From Octopus sinensis (lineage: Eukaryota): 64,000 nucleotides of DNA. Where the stretch lies: contig NC_043000.1 in NCBI RefSeq assembly GCF_006345805.1, positions 28,520,001 through 28,584,000 of the forward strand, read 5' to 3'. This document shows positions 1 to 12,196 of this stretch, in pieces. Under the pieces are notes generated by a model. That model made no database searches, was not told where the DNA came from, and saw nothing but the letters and a program-made list of their open reading frames with translations. Numbering within the stretch: position 1 is the first letter of the stretch; the number at the start of each line of letters is the position of its first letter. A program made the position numbers and the translations under genes.

Positions 1-286
1 CAATACAATTTCTTTTCCTCAACAGGCTCTGCCTGATTTAACATTGTCACGAAGCAGATCAAAGAGGAAAATGATCCCATGATATTTAAACGGAATCTGG
101 ACAAATTTTGTTCAAGGAATACCAGATAAGCCACCTATACCTGGATACAACTCAGTCAACAAGAACTCACTACCTGATTTAAAAAGGATTTAAATTATTC
201 TATCAGGTGGTGCTATTAAGTTAGATATGGTCTGGACCAATCTTTCGTAGAAACACATCTAAGTTTTATTTAAGTTTTATACATAC
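1..286 (+). mobile_element. 3' end of CR1-type LINE (runs off window start)
   Basis: Same family as 54280-54830; encodes degenerate C-terminal ...FNIV.KQIKEE.DP..FKRNLDKF...IPD.P...GYNS..KNSL followed by the shared 3' UTR (ATCAGGTGGTGCTATTAA). Confidence 0.75.
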
Positions 287-427
287 AGTTCGCGTCTAAA
301 TTAACGTACAACTCGAAATCATAAAACGTAAATCAATGAAAACTTTTAAACAGTTAAATCAAAGGAAATTAAAATAAAGACCCTGAAAAAATTGCACCGG
401 TATTATCCTAAGGTCGACATTGCAATG

Positions 428-488
<61 letters not shown>

Positions 489-1144
489 ATATATATATAT
501 ATATATGTATATATATTATGTATATATGATATAAGTATATCTATATAATTATGCGTGTGTGGTGTGTGTGTGTTAAACACATCTCCACTTGATTAGTTAT
601 AATGAGTAGTACAACCAAATGGTTAATTAGTTATTTTGAAAATGTATTAGGTCATTTAGAGCTGAATCATTAGTCTACATGTTAAATAGAGAACAGAGTT
701 TAATGCCACAGAGTATTCACATAAACACACGTGCTCACGCAATATTTTCCGTGGTCGGAGTAGCCGACATCTCAATTATAGATTCAATTGTGTTTTATCC
801 TATTTATTTGATAACACACATTCAGTATATGCATATATATATGTAGGCATAATGCACATAACCACATATTTGTACAAAATTCTCGAAACAGTTGTAAAGT
901 CCTGCCTTGAATTCGCTATTGTCTTCTGAATGATTTTCGCGTATAAAATCTTTTGATGCCAACAATTTCATGCAGACTAGCTTCCTGCCTAGTTGGTTTT
1001 TGTATATATATTTTTTATAACTTAATAAATGCCATAAATAACTGCCTGCCCATATATATATCTTTGTCTCTATATACATATGTGTGTGCGAGCATGCGTG
1101 TGAATGTGTGTGTGTGTGTATGTGTGCGTGTGTGTGTGTATTTT

Positions 1145-1335
1145 CTTTATCGAAATCTACCTCCTACGTGACCTCGACAGCTGCGATGGTGGCGTTTTAC
1201 TTCGCTGCGCCGATAACTCGAAGCCAAATAAAAGCATTGCAGGTGAATGTCCTACAAACCCGGCAGCCAACTTCAATTGCTTCTCATCTATGTATAAATA
1301 CATGAGTGTATTTCTGTAGATATATGTATGTGTTT
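1145..1335 (+). pseudogene. Degenerate, 5'-truncated tandem copy of the candidate exon/intron junction at 1488-1700
   Basis: Aligns with 1488-1700 (GCGATGGTGG...ATAACTC.AAGCCAAATAA...CAGGTGAATGTCCTACAAACCCGGC...ATCTATGTATAAATACATG) but lacks the upstream acceptor region. Confidence 0.5.
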
Positions 1336-1426
1336 GTTTGCACATGTGTGCGTGTGTGTGTATTTTCCAAGATAATTCCCACAGACACCCTGGACTGCGT
1401 TAATAACGATATTTCTGTTGTTTCAG

Positions 1427-1597
1427 AGTGTTTCATGTCATTCAACATTGGGACCCCACCGCCCAGTTGACCCTACTGGTCTGTAGCCTTTGTCGAAAGC
1501 CACCTCGTGGCCTTCTCGGCAGATGCGATGGTGGACTGTATGGCCGTTTACTGCGCTGCACCAATAACTCCAAGCCAAATAAGAGCTTTACAGGCAG
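1427..1597 (+). CDS. Candidate internal exon (171 nt) of an unidentified gene
   Basis: Acceptor ATTTCTGTTGTTTCAG, donor CAG|GTGAAT, GC-richer than flanks, length divisible by 3. Open frame from 1428: VFHVIQHWDPTAQLTLLVCSLCRKPPRGLLGRCDGGLYGRLLRCTNNSKPNKSFTG. The frame from 1429 has a single TGA. No family recognised. Confidence 0.45.
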
Positions 1598-2000
1598 GTG
1601 AATGTCCTACAAACCCGGCCGCCTACTGCAATTGCTTCACATCTATGTATAAATACATGTGCATATGTATGTATGTATTTCTGTAGATATATGTATGTGT
1701 TTGTGTGTGTGTGTGTATGTGTGTGTGTTTGTGCATGCGTGAGTGCGTGTGTATGTAGCATTATTAGTTTTATGTTGGAAAGACATGAAAGAGTTCGTTG
1801 CCGCTTTGAAGTCGAAGTGTTTCGAATCCAATAGATGTTTGTGATATTAAAGTAAACAGGATTACATCTATGCGGCTAAAACAGGATTACATCCATGCGT
1901 CTAAAATGTTGGCACAATCGAAATTATCAATGAAATCCTCGACGGACTCTGCACGTATGACGACTGATTATATATCTTATTTATCTTTTACTTGCTCCAG

Positions 2001-2118
2001 CCATACACGTTATAGTCAAAGAAATCAATTCCGGTTATCATTTTTAAATCGAGAACTCTTTTGCCCAACTGCTATGTTCCTGGCATGCAAACAAACAACC
2101 ACATTTTGTCTGGAGGTG
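2001..2118 (+). CDS. Candidate exon (118 nt), phase-compatible with the open frame of 1427-1597
   Basis: Strong pyrimidine tract TTATCTTTTACTTGCTCCAG, donor GTG|GTATGA; open as (S)HTRYSQRNQFRLSFLNRELFCPTAMFLACKQTTTFCLEV. No homology recognised. Confidence 0.25.
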
Positions 2119-2130
2119 GTATGAGACAAA

Positions 2131-2342
2131 GGCAGCGAGCTGGCAGAATCGATAGCACGGTATTTCGCCCCTCGCTACGTTCTGAGTTCAAAATCCGCCG
2201 AGGTCGACTTTGCCTTTCATCCTTTCGGGGTCGATAAATTAAGTACCGGTTGCATACTGGGGTCGATATAATCGATTTAATCCGTTTGTCTGTCCTTGTT
2301 TGTCCCCTCTGTGTTTATCCCCTTGTGGGTAGTAAAGAACTA
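2131..2342 (+). mobile_element. tRNA-derived SINE family A with 13-bp TSD
   Basis: Head GGC.GCGAGCTGGCAGAA, B-box GAGTTCAAAATCC, core GTCGACTTTGCCTTTCATCCTTTCGGGGTCGATAAATTAAGTACC; GGTATGAGACAAA at 2118-2130 and 2343-2355. Confidence 0.85.
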
Positions 2343-2655
2343 GGTATGAGACAAACACAACGATACACAATCATACTTCGACACAGTTTCCGTCCAGGAA
2401 ATTCACTCAAAATGCAATGGTTGAGCCGGCGGTATAGTGCCGGAGATCTGGCAATGGTTACAAAGCGATCTTATTAACATAGCCACATTGGCACCTACGT
2501 ATATTCATTTCTCATGTGCATATATGTATGTATGTATGTCGCTGTTCAATTTTATTTCAACATTTCTTGCAAATGGAGAAAGAGCCGGTTTCTAAACTAG
2601 ATCCAAGGCTCCTTCATTTGAATTTCAACATCAACAGGGTATTTTTGTTTCTATT

Positions 2656-2845
2656 ATGTATGCATATATGTATGTATGTATGTATGTATGTATTTATGTA
2701 TGCATGTATGAACGCATGCATGAATGTATGTGTGTATGTATGTATGTATGTATGTATGTATGTATGTATGTATATACGCATCCATGTATGTATGTATGTA
2801 TGTATGTATGTATGTATGTATGTATGTATGTACGTATGGATGTAT
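2656..2845. repeat. (TATG)n microsatellite
   Basis: Direct reading. Confidence 0.95.
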
Positions 2846-3091
2846 ATGTGCAGATTTCTATGTGCTGTTTTACGTATATATTCTCATGCATATAGTTACA
2901 TATCTAGACATGATCATATATATTTAAATGATAAACTTCCAGAAAGTCTTACAGGTTTAAACAGTTCCAGTGATAAACTGGATCTGTCATCTTCGATTTA
3001 AGTTCTTCCTTTCTGATTTTGAGAAGGCTAATTTCTCAAGATTGTTATTTAGGCAGTATGTTACATATCTCAGAGCAGCAATAATTATAGG

Positions 3092-3330
<239 letters not shown>

Positions 3331-3791
3331 ATAGGGAGAGAGATTCAAACGCACATATATATGCGTTTGTTTGTGCGTGTGGGTGTGTATATGCGTGTGA
3401 ATGTATGTGTGTATATATGAATATATGATTATATTTGAGTATAAGAGTGTATTGAGATTAATATGTTTGATATTCAGTTTGAATATCAGCACCTAACGAC
3501 ATGCATAGGAAGTGTATTCCTTCGAATTTACTTCAAGAGGTGGTGTGTTTGGCCGATGGCTGTAATGCAAGTCGTGATTCTACACGGATGACAAGTGTCA
3601 AAGAGTCAAATACTGTGAGCTGCTCTAGAAAAATATCATTACCTTAAGAACATCGTGCGTTGTGAATCAAATTTATTTTTGCGGCAGCTGGTTCTAACCC
3701 TAGTTTAGCCTGGATAGAAGGGGCCTATTATAAAATATATTCTTGTAGTATATGAGTCCTTCTTTCTTTTTCAGACCGTATCTAGAATAGT

Positions 3792-4045
3792 GGAGGCGCG
3801 TGGCTTAGTGTTTAGGGTGTCAGCATCGTGATCGTAAGATTGTGGTTTCGATTCCTGGACCGGGTGACGCGTTGTGTTCTTGAGCAAATCACTTCATTTC
3901 ACGTTGCTCCAGTCCACTCAGCTGGCAAAAATTAGTAACACTGCGATGGACTGGCGTCCCGTCCAGCTGGGGAACACATACGCCATTGAAACCGGGAAAC
4001 CAGGCCCATGAGCTTGGCCAAACTTAAAAAAGGGCGCATCTAGAA
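3792..4045 (+). mobile_element. tRNA-derived SINE family B
   Basis: A-box TGGCTTAGTG, B-box GGTTTCGATTCC, CORE-like TTGAGCAA..CACTT...TTCACGTTGCTCCAGTCCACTCAGCTGG; tail with GCGATGGACTGGCGTCCCGTCCAG. Confidence 0.8.
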
Positions 4046-4429
4046 TAACAATATCGGGCGTTTCCTCCTCTTCTTTATTTGAAATAGAAGGGTGTAATTT
4101 TATGAGGATTTGATAGCCATTTTTTCTAGAACACCATATAGAGACTGGGAAGAGATCGGAAGAGGAATCTTTCATAAGATTTAGATATGAAATCAAGCGA
4201 GTGGATAAAAATGTAAATGATAAATCATAGATAAGAGACATTTGTATACGAGTACTTGTCTTTCAAAGTCTCAAGATTGGAAGGAAAGACATTTACACGA
4301 GAAATGTTACAAGTTGTGGTTATTGATGTTGTCGTTGTCATCGTTGTGGTTTTCTAATGTCAACCATATTTGTTTTTTAAAGACAAAAAATAAATGTGCC
4401 AACAATAAAATAACTCAAGAAGAAAGTAA

Positions 4430-4598
4430 ATGAAAGAGTGTAATTAGAAGCGAATAATTGAAAGAATAATTGACAAATAGAAGGAAAGAGCAGGGAATAA
4501 TAAAAAAAAAAACAGGAAATAAAAGAAAAGGGAAAGAAATGAAAGAGAGTAAATCGAAAAAATTGGTAGGCTAAAAGCGCGGGAAATAACAAGGAGCG

Positions 4599-4633
<35 letters not shown>

Positions 4634-5060
4634 GAGGAAGAAAGACAGAAAGACAGAAAGAAAGAAAGACAGAAAGAAAGAAAGAAAGAAAGAGAGAAAG
4701 AAGGAAAGAAAAGAAGGAAAGGAGGAATGAAGAAAGAAAGAAAGAAAGAAGAAAGAAAGAAGGAAAGAAAGAAGGAAAGAAACAAACAAACAAAGGAGGA
4801 AACAAAAAAAGAAAAGAGGAAAGAAAGAAAGAAGGAAGGAAAGAAGGAAAGAAAGAAAAAAGAAAGAAAGAAGGAAAGAAACAAAGAACAAAAGAAAGAA
4901 GGAAAGAAGGAAGGAAAGAAAGGAAGAGTGTGATTGCGACAGAATAAAAGACAAAGAAAAGGAAGGAACAGGTTACCAGAAAGACAGAAGATAACAATGA
5001 AAAAACACAAGAGATCGGAATAGAGAAGGAAAGAAAAAGTGACCAAGGAATCGAGAAGTA
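4430..5060. repeat. Purine-rich (GAAA/GGAA)n low-complexity tract
   Basis: Very few pyrimidines on the + strand, almost none but scattered C over about 4600-4930; the overlapping F/L/S-rich ORFs are artefacts. Confidence 0.9.
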
Positions 5061-5379
5061 AAGGTGTAAAACGTAGAAGACCATTGTTGAGACATCAATC
5101 AATAAGAAGCCCGCCTTAACGACAGCTTGATACCGTATAAAATCTATAATTTTGATTGCTCTCTTACTGTGTCTTACTTGAAACTCATCGTCACATCATG
5201 ATTAACTTTTTACTTTCTCTACAAAACTACTGATGTCCATAGTATTTGCATCCTGGCGAAATGTTTCTTTCTCTTCTCAGCTTCCATACAGAGACACTTG
5301 CACATACGCATAGATATTACTAATAGACTTAGGCATATACTCGTAGTCTCACGTAATCTCATATCAATGTAGATATGCA

Positions 5380-5438
5380 TAAATATATATATATGTATGT
5401 ATATATGTATGTATGCATATATAAATGTATATAGTATG

Positions 5439-5491
<53 letters not shown>

Positions 5492-5791
5492 CGTATCTGT
5501 GTATATATATGCATAGTGTGTGTATGTATATATCTGTACACACACACACACACAACACACACATATATCTATATATAAGAATATATGAACAGATACATAA
5601 TATGCATATAGATATATACATATTATAGATAGATAGTAGATAGATAGATATACATACAGGCATGCGCGCACACACACAGAGACACAGATGCAAACACTCA
5701 CACGCACACACACACATATATACAGATATATATGTGTATATGTATATATATGTGTGTGTATAATATATATTACATATATAAGAATATATAC

Positions 5792-5831
<40 letters not shown>

Positions 5832-6017
5832 CATATATTATATATATATATATTATATATATCTATATATAAGAATATATGATGTACAGATAATGATATA
5901 TTTGCATATATATATACATATATATATATAGATATACACATGTATGTAGGTATATGTATGTATATGTATATATATGTATATATATGTATATATATATACA
6001 ACAACACACACACACAC

Positions 6018-6058
<41 letters not shown>

Positions 6059-6170
6059 AAAAGAGAGAGAAGAGATATGCATACACACCAAGACTTACAC
6101 TCACGCACACACACACACACGCACACACACACACACGAACACACACACACATATAAGCATACACACTACG
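5380..6170. repeat. Compound (TA)n/(CA)n/(GATA)n microsatellite field
   Basis: Direct reading. Confidence 0.9.
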
Positions 6171-6488
6171 CTATACGTCTCTTCTGAAATGTAGATATGC
6201 GTTAGTGAGTGTTGGTGTGTGCTTCTATATGAGTTTGTACCAATACGTCTGAGATTGTGTGGCTGTGTATATGTGTATGTGTGGGTGGGTGTATATGTGT
6301 GGGTGGGTGTATATGTGTGGGTGGGTGTGTATGTGTGTTGCTCCTTTGAGAGACAAACTACGTCTATATTGGTATATCTGAGTCGATATCTAAATCTGGA
6401 CACCATTTTCTAAACTCCGCCTCTCACTTCTACTCTCTGTTTCAAGTCCACCCTCTCGCTTTTAATTTCTACACACGCACACACGTAA

Positions 6489-6519
<31 letters not shown>

Positions 6520-7156
6520 CATGTATGTATTTATATGATGAGAGTGTCTGTGCGTATGTTTGTGTGCACCTCTCTCTCTCTTTCTCGCTCTCTCTCTCTC
6601 TCGATATATATATATATATGTGTATGTATATATATATATATGTATGTATGTATGTATGCTTGTATATATATATATATACAAAAATACGCTAATCAAACCG
6701 ATTCATTTTTTATCCTAACGATCTCTTAGAATATATATATTATATGGAAATCTATGGCGCATATATATATATATAATATTATATATATATATATATACAT
6801 GTGTGTGTGTGTGTATGTGTGTGTGTGTGTGTATGTGTGTGTGTGTGTTTGTGTGTGTGCGCGTGTGTGTGTGCGTGCATGTATGTATGTATGTATATAC
6901 ATGCTATACACATATGTTTGTAAGTATATATATAGATATATATATATATATATATATATATACTAAGCAATATAGGATGAAGTCCCTTACTTACAGCAAA
7001 GGAATTCATCAGGAAGCGTGGGCAGTATATTTTTTTAAAAAACCGTTACGGGTTGCAATATACATCATAAATTAAGGGCTAAAGAGGGTTATTCTAAAGC
7101 CAAATACACTGTTTTATCCACTTTAATCCGCTTGTTACAGGAATTTTTATTTTTAG

Positions 7157-7216
7157 ATATAAGTGATGTACTCAATGTTAGTGTGTTTTTAGCTTGTGCT
7201 TTTTCCATGATCATAC
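7157..7216 (+). CDS. Candidate 60-nt exon (DISDVLNVSVFLACAFSMII), hydrophobic
   Basis: Acceptor ATTTTTATTTTTAG, donor C|GTGAGT, phase 1-1; second 60-nt copy at 7654-7713. Confidence 0.45.
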
Positions 7217-7429
7217 GTGAGTATTTTATTTATATCCCATCGACAAGTTCTACTGAAGAAGGAATATATCTTTTTATAAGATTAAGTCCGAAATTGATTC
7301 AATATAGAGATAACGAAATTTAAATTTTCTAAAGGTTAGTTGCCCGTTTTCAGTTTCAATTTTCCTGTAACAAGCGGATTATAAGTGGATATAAAACAGT
7401 GTATTTGGCTTTAGAATAACCCTCTTTAG

Positions 7430-7515
7430 CCCTTAATTATATGATGTATATTGCAACCGTAACGGTTTTTTTAAATATACTGCCCACGCTTCCTGATGAA
7501 TTCCTTTGCTGTAGA
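7430..7515 (+). CDS. Candidate 86-nt exon (PLNYMMYIATVTVFLNILPTLPDEFLCCR)
   Basis: Acceptor ACCCTCTTTAG, donor AGA|GTAAGG, phase 1-0; splices in frame to 7157-7216 to give a transmembrane-like peptide. Confidence 0.45.
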
Positions 7516-8405
7516 GTAAGGGACTTCATCCTATATTGCTTAGTAGTTAAACTCGATGCTTGCTACAGGAGGACTTGGTAACCATTACAATTTGTAGCGG
7601 CGAAAGGTCTGGACGTTGTTTTCTGAGGCTGACCAAAGGATTTTTATTTTTAGATATAAGTGATGTACTCAAGTGTAGTTGTGTTTTTAGTTGTGCTTTT
7701 TCCATGATCATACGTGAGTATTTTATTTATATCCCATCGAAAGTTCTACTGAAGAAGGAATATATCTTTTTATAAGATTAAGTCCGAAATTGATTCAATA
7801 TAGAGATAACGAAATTTAAATTTTCTAAAGGTTAGTTGCCCGTTTTCAGTTTCAATTTTCCTGTAACAAGCGGATTATAAGTGGAAAAAAGTGTATTTGG
7901 CTTTAGAATAACCCTCTTAGCCCTTAATTATATGATATATTATATATATATATATATATATAATATACGTGCTTATGTATCTGGGTATCTCTCTCTATAT
8001 ATATATGTATGTATGTATATGTATATGCAAGCATATGTATACAGAGGTAAAGTCCATCCATACTACATACGCACATACACAGATTCCTACACACATATGT
8101 ATGGCGTCTGGCTGCACATCGCAAGACAAACCGCTTCGCCAATAAATTAACTTGTTTAATACCTCATCGCGATGGCACACCTCTGCTGCGTTTAAGCCAA
8201 CTGAGAACAGATTCCATTTCGCCTCACTAGTCTTAATACAACCAAACCAGAAGCAACAGATGATGCTTGCTCCTTGCAAAGGGGGAAAATAACAGTTTCT
8301 TCTGCTATCGGATATTGATAATCCTTCGCAACAGATTTTGTTGTTGTTTTTTTTTCTTTTGTTTTACATATTCTCAACCAAGTATAATATTATGTGATTA
8401 GATGG

Positions 8406-8443
<38 letters not shown>

Positions 8444-8471
8444 ATATATATATATATATGTGTGTGTGTTG

Positions 8472-8502
<31 letters not shown>

Positions 8503-8670
8503 TTGTGCGTGTGTGTGTGTATTATTGTGAATGTTGTAATATTCGCGTGTGTCTGCATCTGTGCTTTCCGATCATATCTATCATTATCTACTTACAGCTG
8601 TTTTCATATTTGCATCCAATATTGCAAACACACACACACACCACACACACAAAACATATATATATATATT

Positions 8671-8720
<50 letters not shown>

Positions 8721-8730
<10 letters not shown>

Positions 8731-9853
8731 TGAGAATGTGTATCTGTCTGTATGTGTGTTTCCCTAAAACTTGAGAACTACACCACTAATTTCATTCAAA
8801 GTTTACACATCCCTTACTTAGGGTCCGGGGAGTGTCATCGACAAAATTTTTTTAACTTTTTGCCTAGGGCGAGCCCACAGCAATATCATATCTTCTCCAT
8901 TACGATTCCCTAAAACTTGAGAACTACACAACCAATTTCATTCAAATTTTACACATGCCTTACTTAACGTCCATGTAGTTTCGTGGGCAAAAAAATGTTC
9001 AACTAGAGCGAGCGAGCCCATACCAATATCATATCTTCTCCACTATTTTAGTATTACGTGTTAAAAGTGAAACAAAAACGTTTCTCTATTTTATGTCAGA
9101 TGCTTTCACTTTAACAATAAAAATAATAATAACAATTGAATTATATGTAGTAAGTAATAATTAAAATCAAACTAAAGTAAAAATAGCAATTGGTATGAAA
9201 TTGCATCAATGACTTGAACTTGAATAAGTGGTTTCACATGAATGGGAATAAATTAAATATAAAATTAGCGTGCAGAAATTGAATAGTCCAGATGGATAAT
9301 AAAAAATTAAATTAAAGAAAAGACTATTGTCTATAAAGTATACAATGTAGAGAAAAAAGATTTGAACACCTGGAGGAAAACACCATCGAAAAGTGTCTTG
9401 GTGCGACTATGAAAGATATCTAAGCAGAGGCGGTAAATTCGCCACAATAGAAGCAAGTTTCGAGTCAACGGAGCGTGCAAGGGAGTACTCGACTCGAACT
9501 TGTAAAGTGGAAATATTTTATTTTTACCTTTATATCTGGGACGTAGGACATCTCGGATAAAAAATTTAAAATGCCCCCCCCCCCAGTAGTAGAGGTAGGC
9601 TGGATTGTAGCCACACTTCTATACAAGAGGGAGGACAAGATACAATTGATCGAAATTGCAAGAGACGGGCTTACAATTCCAGTCTGTTATATATTTTGAG
9701 TATTGTTATCACTAGCAATATCAAGATATAACTTTGTATTTTGTATTTTGTGTGTAGATGTATATATATAGATGTACATGTAATATGTATACATATATAC
9801 ACATATATACATGCACTAGCAATATGACGCGGCAACGATGGGTCATAATGCTA

Positions 9854-9855
<2 letters not shown>
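8721..9855 (+). mobile_element. Helitron-like non-autonomous element with internal 146-bp tandem repeat
   Basis: 3' degenerate hairpin TGACGCGGCAACGATGGGTCA (9825-9845) then TAATGCTAGT; internal repeats start TCCCTAAAACTTGAGAACTACAC at 8761 and 8907; sits between (TA)n tracts. The two ends could belong to separate elements. Confidence 0.55.
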
Positions 9856-9912
<57 letters not shown>

Positions 9913-10142
9913 CCTTTTATTACGTACGTGTAGGAGAGGGTCATAGATACGTAACTGAGATATGTTACTTATAAATATATAGAGAGAGAAAGAAAGAAGG
10001 ACAGACAGACAAAGGTTACGTACCTATGGGCAAATATATACACATGTATGTGTGTATATTGCTGCATATAATATATATATTTATATATATACATATACAA
10101 TATACATATGTAGATATATATATACACACGCACTCATATCTA

Positions 10143-10175
<33 letters not shown>

Positions 10176-10178
<3 letters not shown>

Positions 10179-10815
10179 TTTGGGAGCCGCTCTCCGGCTA
10201 TCTATCTGCGGCTTTATATAGCTATGGTGCGGCCTCACCTGGAATTTGCATTACCGGTTTGGAACCGCTATCTTGCTCAGGATATTAATCGTCTGGAAAC
10301 CGTTCAGCGATGTGTAAGCAAGAGAATCCTCCATCAGGCATTTGCCATATTCTGAACGCCTTACTTCCCTGGGCATGGATACATTGAAACTCCGACGTCT
10401 GGCAACTGACTTGGCATACACCCATAAAGTTATTAACCATCTTACAAACAATAACTCTGAGCACCTTTTCAAACTCCACCTGTCTAACACCCGTGGACAT
10501 GTTTCCAAAGTCAGAAAACAGCACAGCTCCCATGACTTTTGGAAACATTTTTTCCCGCTAAGAGTTGCTGAAGCATGGAACAAACTGCCGGCATCAGTTG
10601 TTAGTTGTCGGAGCACTGCATCCTTCAAAACTTCCATGCTTCCTGAGATTCGCCAAAACTACACCTGATTTTCTCCCCTCCATACACACGCAAGCATGTA
10701 TCTGACTCATACACTGTTTACTTCCCAGACATTTTTACATTACTGCATATGCTTTATACGCACTTTTGACAGGTTGTGGTGCACCTGAGCACTGTATACA
10801 ATAATTTCAATATTA
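10176..10815 (+). mobile_element. 5'-truncated CR1-type LINE (RT C-terminal region + 3' UTR), one frameshift
   Basis: LYIAMVRPHLEFALPVWNRYLAQDINRLETVQR...PYSERLTSLGMDTLKLRRLATDL...TRGH...KHFFPLRVAEAWNKLP matches the CR1 motifs LVRPHLEY..VW.P, YEERL..L.L.SL..RR, RGH, FF..RV...WN.LP. Confidence 0.88.
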
Positions 10816-11191
10816 CATATATATATATATGTGTGTGTGTGTGTATGTGTGTGTAGACACGTTGCCACAACGAAGTTTTGCATGTGAGTGTATATGTGGT
10901 GGGTGCCTGTGAATGTGTGTGTTTGTGTGCGTGTGTGCGTGTGCGTGTGTTTGAGTAACTTACGTATGTCTGAATGACTATATCGTTACTGGATGTGTGA
11001 ATCTGGGAATAAGTGTTGGAACGAATAAAGAACGAAAATGAACAGCACAAGTGTCGCAAAATAGCGTTCCTTCTCGAAAATACATAATTCATTCAATATC
11101 TCACTTGGATTAGGACAGTTATCCGCGCTTTTATCTGCCACATTCTCTCCCTCTATCTTCTCCTCTGTCTCTCTCTCTCTCTCTTGCACGT

Positions 11192-11246
<55 letters not shown>

Positions 11247-11399
11247 TAATGTTTCATATATATTGGTACCACATGTTATATATTTGTCTCTCCCCTATAT
11301 ACACAGACAGGCACATCCGTACTCACATATACACGCACACACACTTAAATACATACGTTCATACATAGATGCATATATACGTACGTACATACATGCATA

Positions 11400-11443
11400 C
11401 ATATAATAATACATGTATATATATATATACATATGTATATATG

Positions 11444-11493
<50 letters not shown>

Positions 11494-11589
11494 TATACAT
11501 ATGTATATGTATGTATATATATATATATATATATATGCATATATATGCATATATATATACATATATACATATATGCATATATATATAAG

Positions 11590-11682
<93 letters not shown>
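11400..11682. repeat. (TA)n compound plus (GATA)n microsatellite
   Basis: Direct reading. Confidence 0.95.
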
Positions 11683-11683
<1 letters not shown>

Positions 11684-11920
11684 CAAGGTCTCGGAAGCGT
11701 GAAAGATAGAGCATTTTCCAATGCAGCACCTAACACGATATTTAGGCGAATTTCAATGTCAGGTTCCCTACCAATATAGAAAATCTTCAGTTGTAGAAAA
11801 TCCAGGTTTCACAACGATAAAACTATTATGTGGGTTTAGTGAAGAGTAAAATATAATCTGAATTAGGAAACAAAGGAGGACTTTAAGCCATAATGATCAG
11901 CAATAATTGATTCTTTACAG

Positions 11921-11939
11921 AGTTGATGCAGAAACAATT
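11921..11939 (+). other. Possible 19-nt micro-exon
   Basis: GATTCTTTACAG|AGTTGATGCAGAAACAATT|GTAAGC. Consensus sites only; could be chance. Confidence 0.2.
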
Positions 11940-11988
11940 GTAAGCGATCATTAAAAATGTGTTGAGGTTTTTCTTAGTCTCATTATTT

Positions 11989-12146
11989 AGCTGTGTGGTT
12001 GTGTGGTAGGAAGATTGCTTCACAATCACATGATTCCGGGTTCAGACCCACTGCGTGTCACCTTGCCCAAGTGTCTTCTGCTCTAGCTCCGGGCCGACCA
12101 AAGCGGTGTGAGTGAATTCGGTAGACAAAACTGAAAGAAGCCCGTC

Positions 12147-12150
<4 letters not shown>
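11989..12150 (+). mobile_element. SINE family C, 5' half
   Basis: GTGTGGTAGGAAG.TTGCTT...CCGGGTTCAG.CCCACTGCGTG.CACCTTG...GAAAGAAGCCCGTCG then (TA)n. Confidence 0.8.

Positions 12151-12195
<45 letters not shown>

Positions 12196-12196
<1 letters not shown>

Larger units (their letters stand above)
6961..7936. repeat. Rearranged block: ~183-bp inverted repeat (6961-7142 / 7362-7545) plus ~300-bp direct repeat (7138-7446 / 7638-7936), bounded by (TA)n
   Basis: TACTAAGCAATATAGGATGAAGTCCC...CTTGTTACAGGAA is the reverse complement of TTCCTGTAACAAG...GGGACTTCATCCTATATTGCTTAGTA; the spacer recurs with a 497-bp offset. Confidence 0.92.

Noticed and set aside
3792-3860. tRNA genes at SINE heads
   Set aside because: A and B boxes are present but there is no intact cloverleaf, and each head continues into SINE body sequence.
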